Shown here piece by piece: positions 51,553 to 64,000 of a DNA stretch of 64,000 bases (its first letter is position 1; every line of letters starts with the position of its first letter). A program made the translations under genes and the position numbers. This DNA comes from Octopus sinensis (Eukaryota), in contig NC_043018.1 in NCBI RefSeq assembly GCF_006345805.1, forward strand, positions 25,358,001-25,422,000, given 5' to 3'. The notes beneath the pieces are model-generated. The model ran no database searches. It was not told where the DNA came from and was given only the letters and a program-made list of their open reading frames with translations.

Positions 51553-52156
51553 GGATCTATTCCTTTTGAACGGCACATGTCAACACAATTTCTAGTTAAC
51601 TAAACACTTTAAAACTTCGTATACTGGTAGAATGTGTCAAAATAAAACATTTTTTTCTCTTGGCTTTCTTGATAAAATTGTAATTTGTTTGTTTAATGTA
51701 GTTTAATTTTTCGAATTTTAATTAATCAATTGCCTCTAATTGAGCTAAAATCATTTGCTGCATCTAAAACTGAGACATCCTGTCACTAACCCTAACCATC
51801 ACCCTCACCCTAACCCTAAATTTTAGCCTTTCGTTTTTTTTACACACGTAACAATTAAATTAATTTAAAAATTAAGAAAAAAAAATTTAGGGTTAGGGTG
51901 AGGGTGAAAGTTAGGGTTAGTGACAGGATGTTGTCTCAGTTTTATATGCAGCAAATGATTTTAGCTCACTAGAGGCGATTCATTGGTTAAAATTCGAAAA
52001 ATTAAACTACGTTAAACAAACAAATTACAATTTTCTCAAGAAAGCCAAGAGAAAAAAAACGTTTTATTTTGACACATTCTACCAGTATACGAAGTTTTAA
52101 AGTGTTTAGTTAACTAGAAATTGTGTTGACATGTGCCGTTCAAAAGGAAAAGATCC
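51553..52156. mobile_element. Merlin-like fold-back MITE (~270-bp arms) with internal TTAGGG-like repeats
   Basis: GGATC...GATCC termini, 8-bp TSD tcctattc/tcccattc, arms nearly identical in reverse complement. Confidence 0.8.
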
Positions 52157-52617
52157 TCCCATTCAGTTCAGGGAGTATTTTCCTTTGGTTTTTTTTTCTT
52201 TCCCCCTTTTCCTTCTTTACTTGCTTCGCAAATTAGTTGGCCGCTTCACTAATGCTGGTGGCATGAAAAAAGCACCCAGCACACTCTGTAAATTGGTTGG
52301 CATTTACAAGAGCACCCAGTTGAAGAAACCATGTCAAAGCTGACACTGGAACTTGGCATGGTCCTTGCAACTCACCGGATCCGTCTAACCCGTGCCAACA
52401 TGGAAAATGGACGTTAAATATTTGTTGTTGCTTGATATATATGTATATATTCTTTTATTTGCTTCAGCCATTCGGCTGGAGTGCCACCGTTAAAAAAAAA
52501 AAAATAAATAAAGAAGGAAACTGAGATTTATCACATTTTCACAATATAGAAAATGTGAAATAGAGAAAGATATAATTTTCAAACTAAAAATACTAAAAGA
52601 CGTTGATTAATCCCATC

Positions 52618-53023
52618 GGATCATTTCGGTTTGAACGGCAGTTTTTCTAGCGGTGTCATATGAAATTGTCACCCATAATTATCTATTGCATTTCAATCTG
52701 TTTTGGGGTTAGGGTTAGGGTTACAGGTGAGGGGAAGGATATCTTTTTTTCTTCACAAATGTAAATAAACCCAATCTGTTTCTTAAACGAGGGACATATT
52801 CATACGGCACAGAATGTTTTTTTTACTTCAATAGACGTCAGTGATTGGTTGAAATTGCAGAAATTGAAGAAAAAAAACAATATCTTACAAACTATAGAAT
52901 TTTCTCAATAAAGCCAAGAGAAAAAAATGCTTTATAAACACATTCTACCACTATACGAAGTTTAAAAGTGTTTAGTTACGTGGAAATTATTTTTAAAAAC
53001 TGCCGTTCAAACCGAAAAGATCC
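52618..53023. mobile_element. Merlin-like MITE, related family, with (TTAGGG) repeats
   Basis: TIRs GGATC.TTTCGGTTTGAACGGCAGTTTTT, perfect 8-bp TSD ATCCCATC. Confidence 0.82.
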
Positions 53024-54319
53024 ATCCCATCTCTGCAGAAAAAAACAAAAAACAGGAGAAAGTTCAATAAATGATTGATTATCATTTTTGTTTCTTAGTT
53101 TTTATTTCAGATATTAAATAAAATGCTACATTTCTTCCTCATATGTGTAATGTCCATTATACATATAAGGTATTGCTTAATTAATGACTGAAAATATTGT
53201 TTAATTATTTTAACAATTGTTTACGGTTGCGGCATTTTCTCCCCTTACTCTTTTCCTGTTCTTCAAGAAAGAAAAAAAAAAAACACCAGCCGAAAAACAA
53301 AATACAAAAACACACCAATAACATAATTCCAATTTCTTTCACGATATTAAAAATTTGGTTAATGAGACAATAAATTTATGTGTCAGCGAATTAATTTCTT
53401 CGGTGGCTGAACCAGTAAGACGTCTAGCGGGATAGTTTTGTCCCCTTTTCCACCCGAGTTCGAATTCAACCGAAGATGACTCATTTTTTTCGCAATTACT
53501 CATGGTGAAATATTATATTTAAGCCTGATTGCCTATACTTGTGTCTTGTAACTGTTATTTTTCTTAATAATAGGATCACATTAGTCTTGCATCTCGGCAT
53601 ATTTCGTAAAATATGTTCTCTTATTTGTCAATGTCTGTCCTCTATATCGAATATACATTTACGTTTTCAGTTCAAACCTCGCCAAAGTCGACACTAACTT
53701 TCGCTCTGGGATCGATGAAATAATTTTGAACTTAAAAGTCACAGGGGGAAAAAAATTATTTTTGTTAAAAAGAATCACAAGAAAAAATGCCCGATTTAAT
53801 TAAAATTCTATGTTGATTAAAATAATAAAACAAATAAAAACAATTACTATTTACTTTGGTAAATTATGTTCTTTTCAGATAATTAGAATTCCAGTCGAAA
53901 AGAATTTAAAAAAAAAAACATTTATTAATAATACACTTGCTAATTAATGATGCAATTATGCACACAATTTCTACATTATGACAGCTTAATTTAAAAAAAA
54001 TTTTTTTAAATAGCACGGCCTGCATCTTTTATATCCGTTTACTTGTTTCATACATTGGGGCACCACTTTGAAGGGGTTAGTCGAACAAATCAACCCCAGT
54101 ACTTGTATTTTTAAAGCTAGGTCCTTATTCTCTCGGTCTCTCATGACGAACAGCTGAGGGGCGGAAACAAACCAACGCTGGTTGTCAAGCGGTGGTAGAA
54201 GACAAACACAAAGAACCCCCTCTGTGTATATATATATATGAAAGAAAAAAAAGGTGTATTTCATATGTATTAAATCTGTACATCACCCCCAATACTTCTA
54301 ACACACACACACATATATA

Positions 54320-54714
54320 TCTTTATATATAAAAGTGAAGTTGTGTGTCTGTCTCCTACGATTTAGATTCCTAACTACTCCCACATTTTGCGGTGCAGTG
54401 TAACCAAAAGTGGGTATCTTATAGTCGTGATTCATATCGAGCCCCCCTAGGTATTAGCGCGCGTCTACGATGAGTCTACGATTAAAAAAAAAATTTACCA
54501 TAATTTTTTTCCATTTTAATGCATTTTTCGCTATTATATAAGGGAATTAACTCTCTAAAAATGTCTACGATGAGTCAACAATTTAAAAAAAATTTATCAT
54601 AATTTTTTTTCCATTTTTAATGCATTTTTTGCTATATTTTGGCTATAACTCTCTAAAAATGCTTATATAGTTATTTCCCTTACAAACCCGAGCAACGCCG
54701 GGCGATACTGCTAG
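54320..54714 (+). mobile_element. Complete non-autonomous Helitron
   Basis: A|TC 5' end, 3' hairpin CCCGAGCAACGCCGGG then CTAG|T, internal ~100-bp tandem duplication. Confidence 0.88.
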
Positions 54715-55405
54715 TATAATATATATACTAAACCACTGGCTGCCGACAACTCATATATATATATATATATGTATGCATGAGTGAGTGAGTGTGTATAAAA
54801 GAAATTTAATAAGATCTCTCTCCCCTCTCTCTATATGTGTGTGTATATATATATACACACGCACACAGACTTCTTTATTTTCACATACAACAGACTTCTT
54901 TCATTTTTCGTCTACTTACAACACTTTGGTTAGCTCGGTACTGAAGGTGCCGTGCAGTGGTACTGAACCTGGAACCATTGTGGTTGCTAAGCAAACATCT
55001 TATTAATCAGCCACACTTGTGAAAATGAAAATTATTCAAGATCTTAAATAAAACAATAAAATATTTAGAAAACTATTAAATACGCCCAAACAACAATAAA
55101 TCAATCGTTTTTGAAGTTTTCCTGGTGACTTTTTTTTCCTCCTAAATTCAAAATAAGTACTGTCAAGTACTGACCTAATAATATAATCATAAACTGCCGG
55201 CTGATGTCTATCAACTACACGTGGTATCCAGACCGGTTGTTCAGTCTTTACTTCCCCCAAATTTATACATAAAACGTCTTAATATCATTTGTAATTAAAA
55301 TCCCAATCACCTATTTCTCATGTAAAATTTTGTTTTACTTTTTGTGTATGTTTTAAAACACATTATTACTTGTCTAAAATTTACCATTAATCTATTTTAG
55401 CATTA

Positions 55406-56125
55406 AGGCGGCGAGCTGGCAGAAACGTTTAGCACGTCGGGCGAAAAGCGTAGCCGTATTTCGTCTGCCGTTATGTTTGAGTTCAAATTCCGCCGAGGTC
55501 GACTTTGCCTTTCATCTTTTCGGGGTCAATTAAATAAGTACCAGTTACGGGATCGATATAATCGACTTAATCCGTTTGTCTGTCCTGTCTGTGTTTAGCC
55601 CCTTCTGGGTAGTAAAGAAATAGGTATTTTCGTGTTCTGAGTTCAAATTTCGTCGAAGTCGACTTTACCTTTCATCTTTTCGGGGGTCGATAAATTAAGT
55701 GCCAGTTGTGTATTGGAACCGATGTAATCGACTTACCCCTCCTCCGAAATTGCCGGCTTTGTGCCTAAAGTAAGAAGCAATATATTTCATCATTAATTTA
55801 GACGTAGGCTGGCTGTGTGGTCAAGTTTGATTTCGAACTACATGGTTCCGGGTTCAGTTTCATAGTATGTCTTTTGGGCAAGTGCCTTCTACTCGGGCCG
55901 ACCAAATGCTTGTGAGTAGGTTCGGTTGACAGAAAGTGTGCGTGTCTTTGTTTACATCCCGGTGTTGGTTTGTTTATGTCCAGTAACTTAGCGGCTCGGC
56001 AACAAGAATAAGTACCAGTCTTAAAAAAGAAATAAGTTTGTGGTCGATTTGTTCGACTAAACACTTCAGGGGGATGCCCCAGCATGGCCGCAATCCAATG
56101 ACTGAAGCATGTAAAAGATATAAGA
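55406..56125 (+). mobile_element. SINE family B dimer followed by a family A copy
   Basis: Same diagnostic heads and cores as the other copies. Confidence 0.82.
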
Positions 56126-58685
56126 TACGTTTTGAAATACAATTTTATTTTACTTTCAGAGCAAACAGCCATTATTATATTTCGGTTTTATTCTAATTTA
56201 CAAAACACAAAGAAAAAAATCGCTTAATAACGGAAAAAGGCGAACAAAAAACAATAAAGACAAAATAACAATGGAACTCTGTCAATGTGACAAGACAATG
56301 GAAATATTTTCCTAAACAACGGCTGCTCCCTTATTACAACACATGACTACCGAAGACAGAGAAAGGCAATGTGGAAGACGGTGTTAATTTTTACACAACA
56401 TTTTAAACCAGTTAACGACGTTAATTATTAGTTTTATAACAAGTATTTCATTTATTGAGTTTCAGTAACACAGATATACATTTTATATATTCTCTTATGT
56501 TTGTTCGAGTCGTCTTCTAAGTAAAAACATAGAAATTTTATGCATCGAAGCCTGTCGTTCATGTCTGGTTTACCTCCCTTATACATAACGAACGCTCCCT
56601 TCAACGTCCGCTTAATTTCACTTCCTGTTTAATGACATTTTTTTTATTAAAGGAGCGTTTATCGCCTCTTTGTTTATTAATCACAAAATCCTCGAGTTTA
56701 CAGTTGTAGAAGTGTCAATCTTCGCACACATTTAACATTTGTAAACTACTAATTAATAATGATATGGGACTACCGTCTGAGGTCCTCTACACGTAACAAC
56801 CAGATGAAAACTGCAGAAAATGGTAGGGAGTGTTCCTTTCCTTAAATTTCACATTATCTCCTCTCTATCTAAGACCTCTTTGTTCATTGGTCTATCAATG
56901 TTCTTTTGTTTATCTCCTTTTTTATCACAATTGTTCTCCTCCTTAACTTGTTATCTGTGACAGTGGTTAATTATAAACCTCAACGTCACTCTTACATGGT
57001 GCGTGACTTCAATTGTCTCCCTTTAACCGCTTCTAAACCTCTTAAACTTGGACAATCACCGCTCCCTTGGTCAGCAAGTTGCGCGCTTAAAATTAAAACT
57101 CTTGCAAATATCATTGACTTTTTAACTTTTTTATTCTTTAAATGTCATTCCAGCCATCAAATAAACACTGTGTAAGACTTACCAGTTGTTTTTAATTCGT
57201 ATTTTAAACTCAACTGATCGATCGAAATACGCCAAGGGTTTAAATGTTGCCAAAGTTTAAAAAAATACTGTGAAAAATTTATTGAACGAAATCTTTTAAA
57301 ATTCTTTTTTTTTTTCCATTTACATTATTTCTCTCTCCATTCTTAAGTTAATTTTCTTTTTAAAACTTTCCCCAGAAATTTAAATATCGGCCTTTTAATA
57401 ATAAATGTAATTCGAGCAAATTCGCTTATTCCTCATGTTTTATATATTTGACTAAAATTTCAGCAATCTTTGGCAGTTAATTTCAAACGGCGATGAAATT
57501 TTGATCCCGTTTCTTGTTCGAGATTTTGCCCTCGCATGATTTCTTCTGATTTATTAAACTTTATCCCGTTCATCCTTTCATTGCAAAATGAAATCGAAAT
57601 TGTGTAGAATTTACTTTTTGATCAAACAATATGTATTCGACGACATAACTTTATTGGACGTTACTTCCTGTATTTTACTAGAATAATTGATTTTACTATA
57701 TAATTTTGTTAATTTTAAACCTTTTTGTTAATTTCCTAACTTTCCGTGTTTTTTTTTCTAAATAATAATTAAAGAAGTGGAGATATGGCATTTATTTTAA
57801 AATTACACATATGTTAAAAAGTATTCAAGGAAATATTTTTAATGTCAATTTAAAATGTTTTAAACTAAAAAAATAAAAATGCAGATTGTATATATTATCA
57901 AACAAAAGTAATGAATTTTTAAATATCTTTTCGTTCTGCATAAAAGAAAAATTTATCTGTATTAAAATCAATTAGAATAGAACATATTTTGTTTTAGATC
58001 GATTTAAAATTATGCAAAAAAAAACTCCAATTAACACAGAAAGTTAATGATTTGAGATCGATAAGTAGCAATAGTTTAATGCTTTTAATTTTCTTCCATG
58101 GATCTTGTTAAATTTCTTCCAACCACTATATTATTTTCAAGAATTGTAATTCTGATGTGATTTTGTATGCTGATGTCGAAAATCGTCTTCATTTTCCGCC
58201 TTAGAAATCAAGTTACAAGCATTTAAAACAAGCGGGTGAAAATTTGAAAAACTTCCAAGTGGTTGGAAGAAATCGAACAAGGTCTTCTTTCTAAAATAAG
58301 TATATAATGTATATAAATATATATATATCGTTGCTAAGCCAACCTGTGAAGCGTAGCACAGGGGTGAAGGGAAAAAAATAATAAACCTTGTGCTACGAAA
58401 GAAAAAGCAGTATTATCTGACATTAATATTCTGTGATATTTGCTTTTTTCTTCTTCCCCATCAGCAAGCAATTATTCCTTATTAGCTCTTGTCTAATAGA
58501 GCTTGCATTAAAAATAAACGTCAGCACTAACTTAAAACTATTTCAGAAAGACCCCCCAAAAAAAATTAATAATAAGGTTTGCATGAAACCAAGTTTTTTT
58601 TCGTTTCCTCTTTCATACAAAAGAGAAAGCAACGACATGGTTTCTGGATTCGATTTGATTTTATTTCCCAGCAATCCGTATCAAA

Positions 58686-58727
58686 TGACGTCACATGATT
58701 CCACTTCTGGCCTGAGTGCGCCATTTT
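58686..58727 (+). promoter_or_regulatory. B55 core promoter motifs: palindromic CRE overlapping an E-box, and a YY1 site
   Basis: TGACGTCA at 58686-58693 overlaps TCACATGA at 58691-58698; GCGCCATTTT at 58718-58727; 140-180 nt upstream of the ATG. Confidence 0.65.
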
Positions 58728-58863
58728 GAAATGTCGATGGTAGGGGTAATAGTTATTCCTTTACCATCGTAGGTCTGCCATTTACGGTTCCTACATTATT
58801 TTACTAACCACAGCCACTTCCCTTCTCCTACTGTTGGATAGTACAATTATTTCTCCGTTTACG

Positions 58864-58870
58864 ATGGCGG
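58864..58870 (+). CDS. PPP2R2A: PP2A regulatory subunit B55 coding exon 1 (ATG GCG G)
   Basis: acgATGGCGG|gtaagg. A 7-nt first coding exon, phase 1, joins the next exon to give MAGNGGEIQWCFSQVKG, the same layout as vertebrate B55alpha. Confidence 0.85.
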
Positions 58871-58994
58871 GTAAGGAAGCTATTGGATTTCCCCCTTTGC
58901 TAACTTGTAACATTCATTAGGCTCTTACGCGATGTTCGCCTCTTCTCATTTCTTCTTTCTCTTCATCTCTCTCTTCTATCTGTCTATCTCTTGA

Positions 58995-60045
58995 CGCATG
59001 AGCATAAGGATATCGATGTACGTCTGTATACATACATTTCATGTATGTATATATACATACATCGATGTATGCATATAAACATAAATGGATATGTCTACAT
59101 TAATATATACATACATGTCGTATATGCATATACATTAAAGTACACACACACATGTGTGTATGTATGTATGTGTGTGTGTGTAGCTTTGCATCTGACAATG
59201 TATGCGTATAGTTATACTGTTTGTATGTGTGTATATGTACACACACACACCTGTGTATATATAGTCACACCTGTGTATATATGTGTAATCTTATAGCTAT
59301 GCATGCATGTATATATATGTATAATATATCTAGCTATACATCTTTCTATGTGTGTGTGTACAGTTTTACATCTGTGTATATTCATAATCTGCATAGCTGT
59401 ATGTTTCTGTGTGTATATATGCACATATATGTATATCTTTATATTTGTGTATGTAGATGTAAAGGTGTATACACGCATATATGGAAAGCTATATCTATAT
59501 ATAGCTTTAAATTTATGTATGTATACATGTGTGTATAAGCTTTATATATATAGCTTTATACCTGTATATATCGATGTATGTGTGTGTCTCTAGACATACA
59601 CACCTTTACATCGATGTACGTTTATATATGTATATAGCGGTACATCGATGCATATATCGCTGTATATCTGAGTGTAAGCGTGTATAATATGCGAAAATAT
59701 CCGTGTCTGCATTTATGTAAGCAGAGTTTTGCATCTGATGTAAGAACATGTATGTATGTGTGTGTGTATACACATGTAAAAATCCAATCATATACACACA
59801 CACCGACAGTCGTATGTATGTATATGTATATATATAAATATATAAATATATATATATATATATGTGTGTGTTTATATAACTTGGTGCATGTATACGTATA
59901 TATGCGCACGCATGTGTATGTCTGCATGCATGTTTGTGTGTATCTGTACAGATATGTATGAACAGCTATGCATACATGTCTATTTGTGTGGTGTGTATAT
60001 ATATATATATATATGTATGTATATATACACACATATATATCATCG
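58995..60045. repeat. Degenerate TA/TG/CA low-complexity block in B55 intron 1
   Basis: Direct inspection. Confidence 0.9.
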
Positions 60046-60698
60046 ATTTTACATCAGTTTTTCCTTTGAGGCTGTTTTATGTCTGAATGCCCTTCTTGAC
60101 TGCAATCTCGTATGACTTGCAATGATACAGTGTATTTATTTTAAAATCTGGGATGCTCACGGAATAATATTCATTATTTGTCTGTGCAAACCTACATAGA
60201 TCTATACATACATGTATACATATATTTGTCTGTAACCTATAAACATACACACACACTCACTCATCAGTGTGTGTGGTTAAGAAGCTCACCTCCCAACCAC
60301 TTGGTTCGAGGTTTCAGTCCTACTGTGTGGCACTTTTGGCAAGTGTCTTTTACTATACCTCTGGGGCAACCAGAGTAATGTAAATGAATTTGATTGACAA
60401 ACTAAAAGAAACCCATTGTGTGTGTGACTTGATATCTTGTGATTGTTGTATGCAAGGGCCCCCAGCATTCACGCAGTGTCCTTCATTTCTAATCTTACAT
60501 CAAATGAAAACCTGTCCAGTTGCAGGGAAATTATCACTTTACTTGGAAACAAGTGAGAACTGATGACAAGAAGGACATCCAGCCATAGAACATCTGCCTC
60601 AATAAATTCTGTCTGACCTATGCAAGCATGTGATATACAACGATATACAATGTCAGTATGTAACCTATAAGCATAACATACATATTTGTCTTTTGTAG

Positions 60699-60767
60699 GT
60701 AATGGTGGGGAGATCCAGTGGTGTTTTTCTCAAGTGAAAGGTACCATAGAGGAAGATATCACTGAAG
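60699..60767 (+). CDS. PPP2R2A: PP2A regulatory subunit B55 (PR55/twins/CDC55) coding exon 2 (GNGGEIQWCFSQVKGTIEEDITE)
   Basis: Acceptor tcttttgtag, donor AAG|gtaggt, 69 nt, phase 1-1. IQWCFSQVKG is the B55 N-terminal signature. The symbol is nominal because this is probably co-orthologous to PPP2R2A-D. Confidence 0.95.
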
Positions 60768-61799
60768 GTAGGTACTATTACATTATTTTGTTTCATTTTT
60801 CTTTATACACAGCATTGGCTATCTGACCAGTTCATGGCTTTAGTGTTTCTTGTTACTGTTGTTGTGTTACATATCTTGGGTCTTTTTGTCTAAATGTGGT
60901 AGTTCTCAGTGATACAAGAATCTTAGAGATGCACTTGTTTGCTCTCTGCCAACTATAAAGGTTTATGCTATCTTCAGTTAGTCTTGATTGAATAGCATTG
61001 CAGTTCTGTTTCAGAATAGCCTTGATCTGGGGGCAAGTACACTTTCCCAAGTCCTGTTTAAGTTGATGGTCCTGGATGTGAATAGCAGTGAAGGTCATTG
61101 CATGTTTTCATTAAGGGCTATTTACTGACTGGGGGGATTTCTTTAGATGCTGAAAGACATTTCTTTGAAACTCCTGCTTATTGGTGTTTCCTAGCTATTG
61201 GAATGGTATTTTGCTCATATGTTGAAGTAGCTGTTAGGAAAGTGCAGAATCCACCCAAACTTGCTTCGACAGTTCCAGTTGCCATCTGGGTATCACCTGA
61301 ATTTCCCTAATGCATCTGTGGATTTGGACAAACTGTAGCAGGTCATCTATATTGCATTTAAATTTTCATTAGACTTAATGATAGTTGCAACATAAATTGT
61401 CGACGATACCAGTTAGTTGGTTATGTTGACCACAGACTTTAGGACTTTACTGTCAACTGAGGCAAAACTAATAGAAAGGGATCTGGTTATTGGAAGCTAG
61501 CTGCATGCTTTGTGACAAACGTCTCAAGAACTAGATTAGCGGATTTTTTATGTGGGGAGTGCTGACAAGGACTGTCATCAAGTTATCATCAACAGGTGGT
61601 GAATCTCACTTGTGAAAAAAAATATTAGAATCTGTTAGTTTTAGAAAAGTTATAGAGAACAGTAGTGTAGCTATAGGATGGAGGGACGAGGAAGCACTTG
61701 GGGTTTACTGTGTAATCTTCTACAAGGGTGGAGGGGCAGCAAATTCAAGGGGTTTGCTGTGAAAGCCTGTATAAGGGCATAGGGTCAGCAAATTCAAGG

Positions 61800-64000
61800 G
61801 CTGTCCTGGCAATTAAGGAGGAGCCAATCAATCAATTAGAAGAGATTCATAGAAAAGGCATTGCCAAACACTGTTCTTGTAGCAAGTACAGCCATTGACC
61901 ATTTCTTCATGAAGCATGAAGGGTATATTTGTGCTGGGGTGTTTATGCTGAGGGAAATTGGATGAAAGGCATTTGATGTGCCTTGGTATCAAGAAGGGCA
62001 GAGTGAAGAAACAAAGCCAAAACAAAACATGTTCAACTTCGACTAACTGCAATGGACATTGCTTTTTTGATTCCAAGCAGGTTTTTTTACTTTGCCAAAC
62101 TTTTTGTGAGGAGTGATAAGTGAAGGTGGTGGACATTGATACCTCTCTTGACAGCCTCCAGCAGATCTCATCTGAACATGTAGAGTACTGCAAAAAGCTG
62201 ATTTCGGCAAGCAAAATAGTAGATAGTTTGAACTGCTCTGCAAGACTAGATGACTCTATCATAAAATAAAATTTGTTACATGTCTGGCTTGCATGTTGCA
62301 ACTGTTTTGGTCTACAAAAACTGGCAGTAACTGGAAAGATTCTCAGCCAGGTGAGTTGACGGAGGGTTGAAACAAGAGGAACATATGAAAACAAAACAGC
62401 TTTGGGTTCATAACTCAAACTAAACACAGATTATAGCAAAGGTACTTGTCAAAGGTGAGGTTGGTATTTGCAGTTGGAGACAAATTTATGCTTTCCCTAG
62501 GAAATCTATCCCTGACAATGTCTCCCTTGTGCAAAACCTCATAAAATGAGTCAGGAATACATCAGGCTTTGGTGGGTCCTTGATCAATTTAGATCAATCT
62601 AAAGCTTACAACAAGATTAAACCGTTGCTACTTGGTGGCTTTCCTAAATGCAGTTGGTTTCACTTTCATCTTCTGAGCTTGGATCACTACAATGTGTAGC
62701 ATCATCTGTTTGGTAGTTAAACTAAATGGTCGCTTATCTAAACCCCTTTTCTCTTTTTTTTTTTGTTTTGTTTGCATCATATGCTAGGTCAGTCAAGGGT
62801 TGGTTCCCTATTTCCTTTCTCCTGAATGTTTTGGTGCTTGAGCCATTGCTGCAGAAATTTGAGATGTTTAGGAGCTTCTTGCTTGAACTGGGACACAGGT
62901 GAGCTGTGTGTGTATATGCAGGTATCACCATTCTTTGTACCAGACTTGCTGGTATTTGAGTTGGTAGGCACCATACAGGAGGTGTACAGTGAGATCACAA
63001 GACCCACATTAATTGTGGGGAAAATTGTGGACTGGCAACTTGGCAGCTAGAGAAGCAAGATTTTGTAGGCTTGTGACACCTGTCACTGGTCCGATGATCT
63101 GGTTAAGGTGCTTGAAGTTTGGTTGCAGACCAGATCTTTTGAATGATAAAAGCTAAAATAGGTTGTAAACAAGGTAACCACTCTCACTCAGAAATGGGTT
63201 GATTTGAAGCTGTTGCATTTGAAAGTTTAAGCAGTAGTGGCTAATACTCTCATCACTTTGGTGTGCAACTGCTGGAGTGGCGTACTTTGTTCAAACAAAA
63301 TGCTACTACAGTGGAGTGTGTGCTCTTTCACTTCATGCGAAAGGGTCAAGAGGTCTGTCTGCAGCTAGCAACAAGTCCAGGAAGTTTCAGGATGCTGTGG
63401 TTAGTGATGTGTAGGCACATGCTGAAGCTCATCTCCTTGATTAGGCTGTGATCTTGGTTTAAACACACTGAGCTTGAGTTTTTGGCATCTAAAATGTTGC
63501 ATGGTGTTCCTTGCACTCTTTGCCAGCCAAGCATCAAGTACTGATTTCTCTAGAAGATTAATGGAGGATATGAGCAATGATGGTTTGGGATTGACTTGAA
63601 CTCTGTTACACGGGACACAGTTTGGGACAGATACCAAAGACTTAAAACTGTTAGCAACTAAAGTTGTCTAAGATGTTTGGAAATGAAACCGTTTTGTACG
63701 CTATCAATCAGAGTACATGGATGGTAGGTTTGTAAACTTGTGTCAAATAACTTGCTGTCACATGCATGAAGGACAGATCTGGCTATTAGCTGAGTCTATG
63801 GCGAAGACTGACCTACTGCCATCCTATGGTAAGGACTGGCAGGTAATTTTCTTCTGCCTGGTGATTACATCAAAGAAAGATTTGTGGTGGATGAGCTTAA
63901 TAAGCTAGATTAAGGACACGGTTTTCTTCGGAGACATTGTCTAGCAGTGTTGTGTGTGGGAGCTACTAGATTGAAGTGTCACACTAAACCAGGTATTTTG
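61800..64000 (+). mobile_element. Decayed L1/Tx1-clade LINE ORF2 in B55 intron 2
   Basis: Frameshifted RT motifs in the expected order: IT.LNTDY (about 62410), Q.YAFPRKSIPDN (about 62480), LINLDQSKAYNKI (about 62580), RSV..G.P...VLEPLLQK (about 62790). Confidence 0.75.

Noticed and set aside
61828-62427. 199-aa minus-strand ORF
   Set aside because: Antisense shadow of the decayed Tx1/L1 ORF2

Overview
AT-rich, repeat-dense animal genomic DNA. The SINE/RTE repertoire and microsatellite load strongly suggest an octopus or other coleoid cephalopod (inference). Two conserved genes lie head-to-head about 20 kb apart. (1) Exportin-7 (XPO7/RanBP16) is on the minus strand; its first six coding exons join in frame with GT-AG introns (38673-38687, 14965-15111, 9083-9176, 7233-7303, 5938-6033, 1465-1542) and the gene continues past position 1. 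(2) The PP2A regulatory subunit B55 (PPP2R2/twins) is on the plus strand, with its first two coding exons at 58864-58870 and 60699-60767. The remainder is intron and intergenic DNA filled with tRNA-derived SINEs, RTE and Tx1/L1 LINE relics, hAT, piggyBac, mariner and Merlin-type MITEs, Helitrons and Penelope fragments. Nearly all ORF-track entries are repeat artefacts. Best leads: the XPO7-PPP2R2 linkage, which mirrors human 8p21 and 5q32-35; a duplicated poison 3' splice site in XPO7; a Penelope-type minimal hammerhead in the XPO7 sense strand; a candidate uORF/hairpin switch in the B55 leader; a 74-bp near-perfect palindrome; telomere-repeat-bearing Merlin-like MITEs; and two candidate unannotated spliced transcripts at the promoters. 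None is proven from sequence alone.
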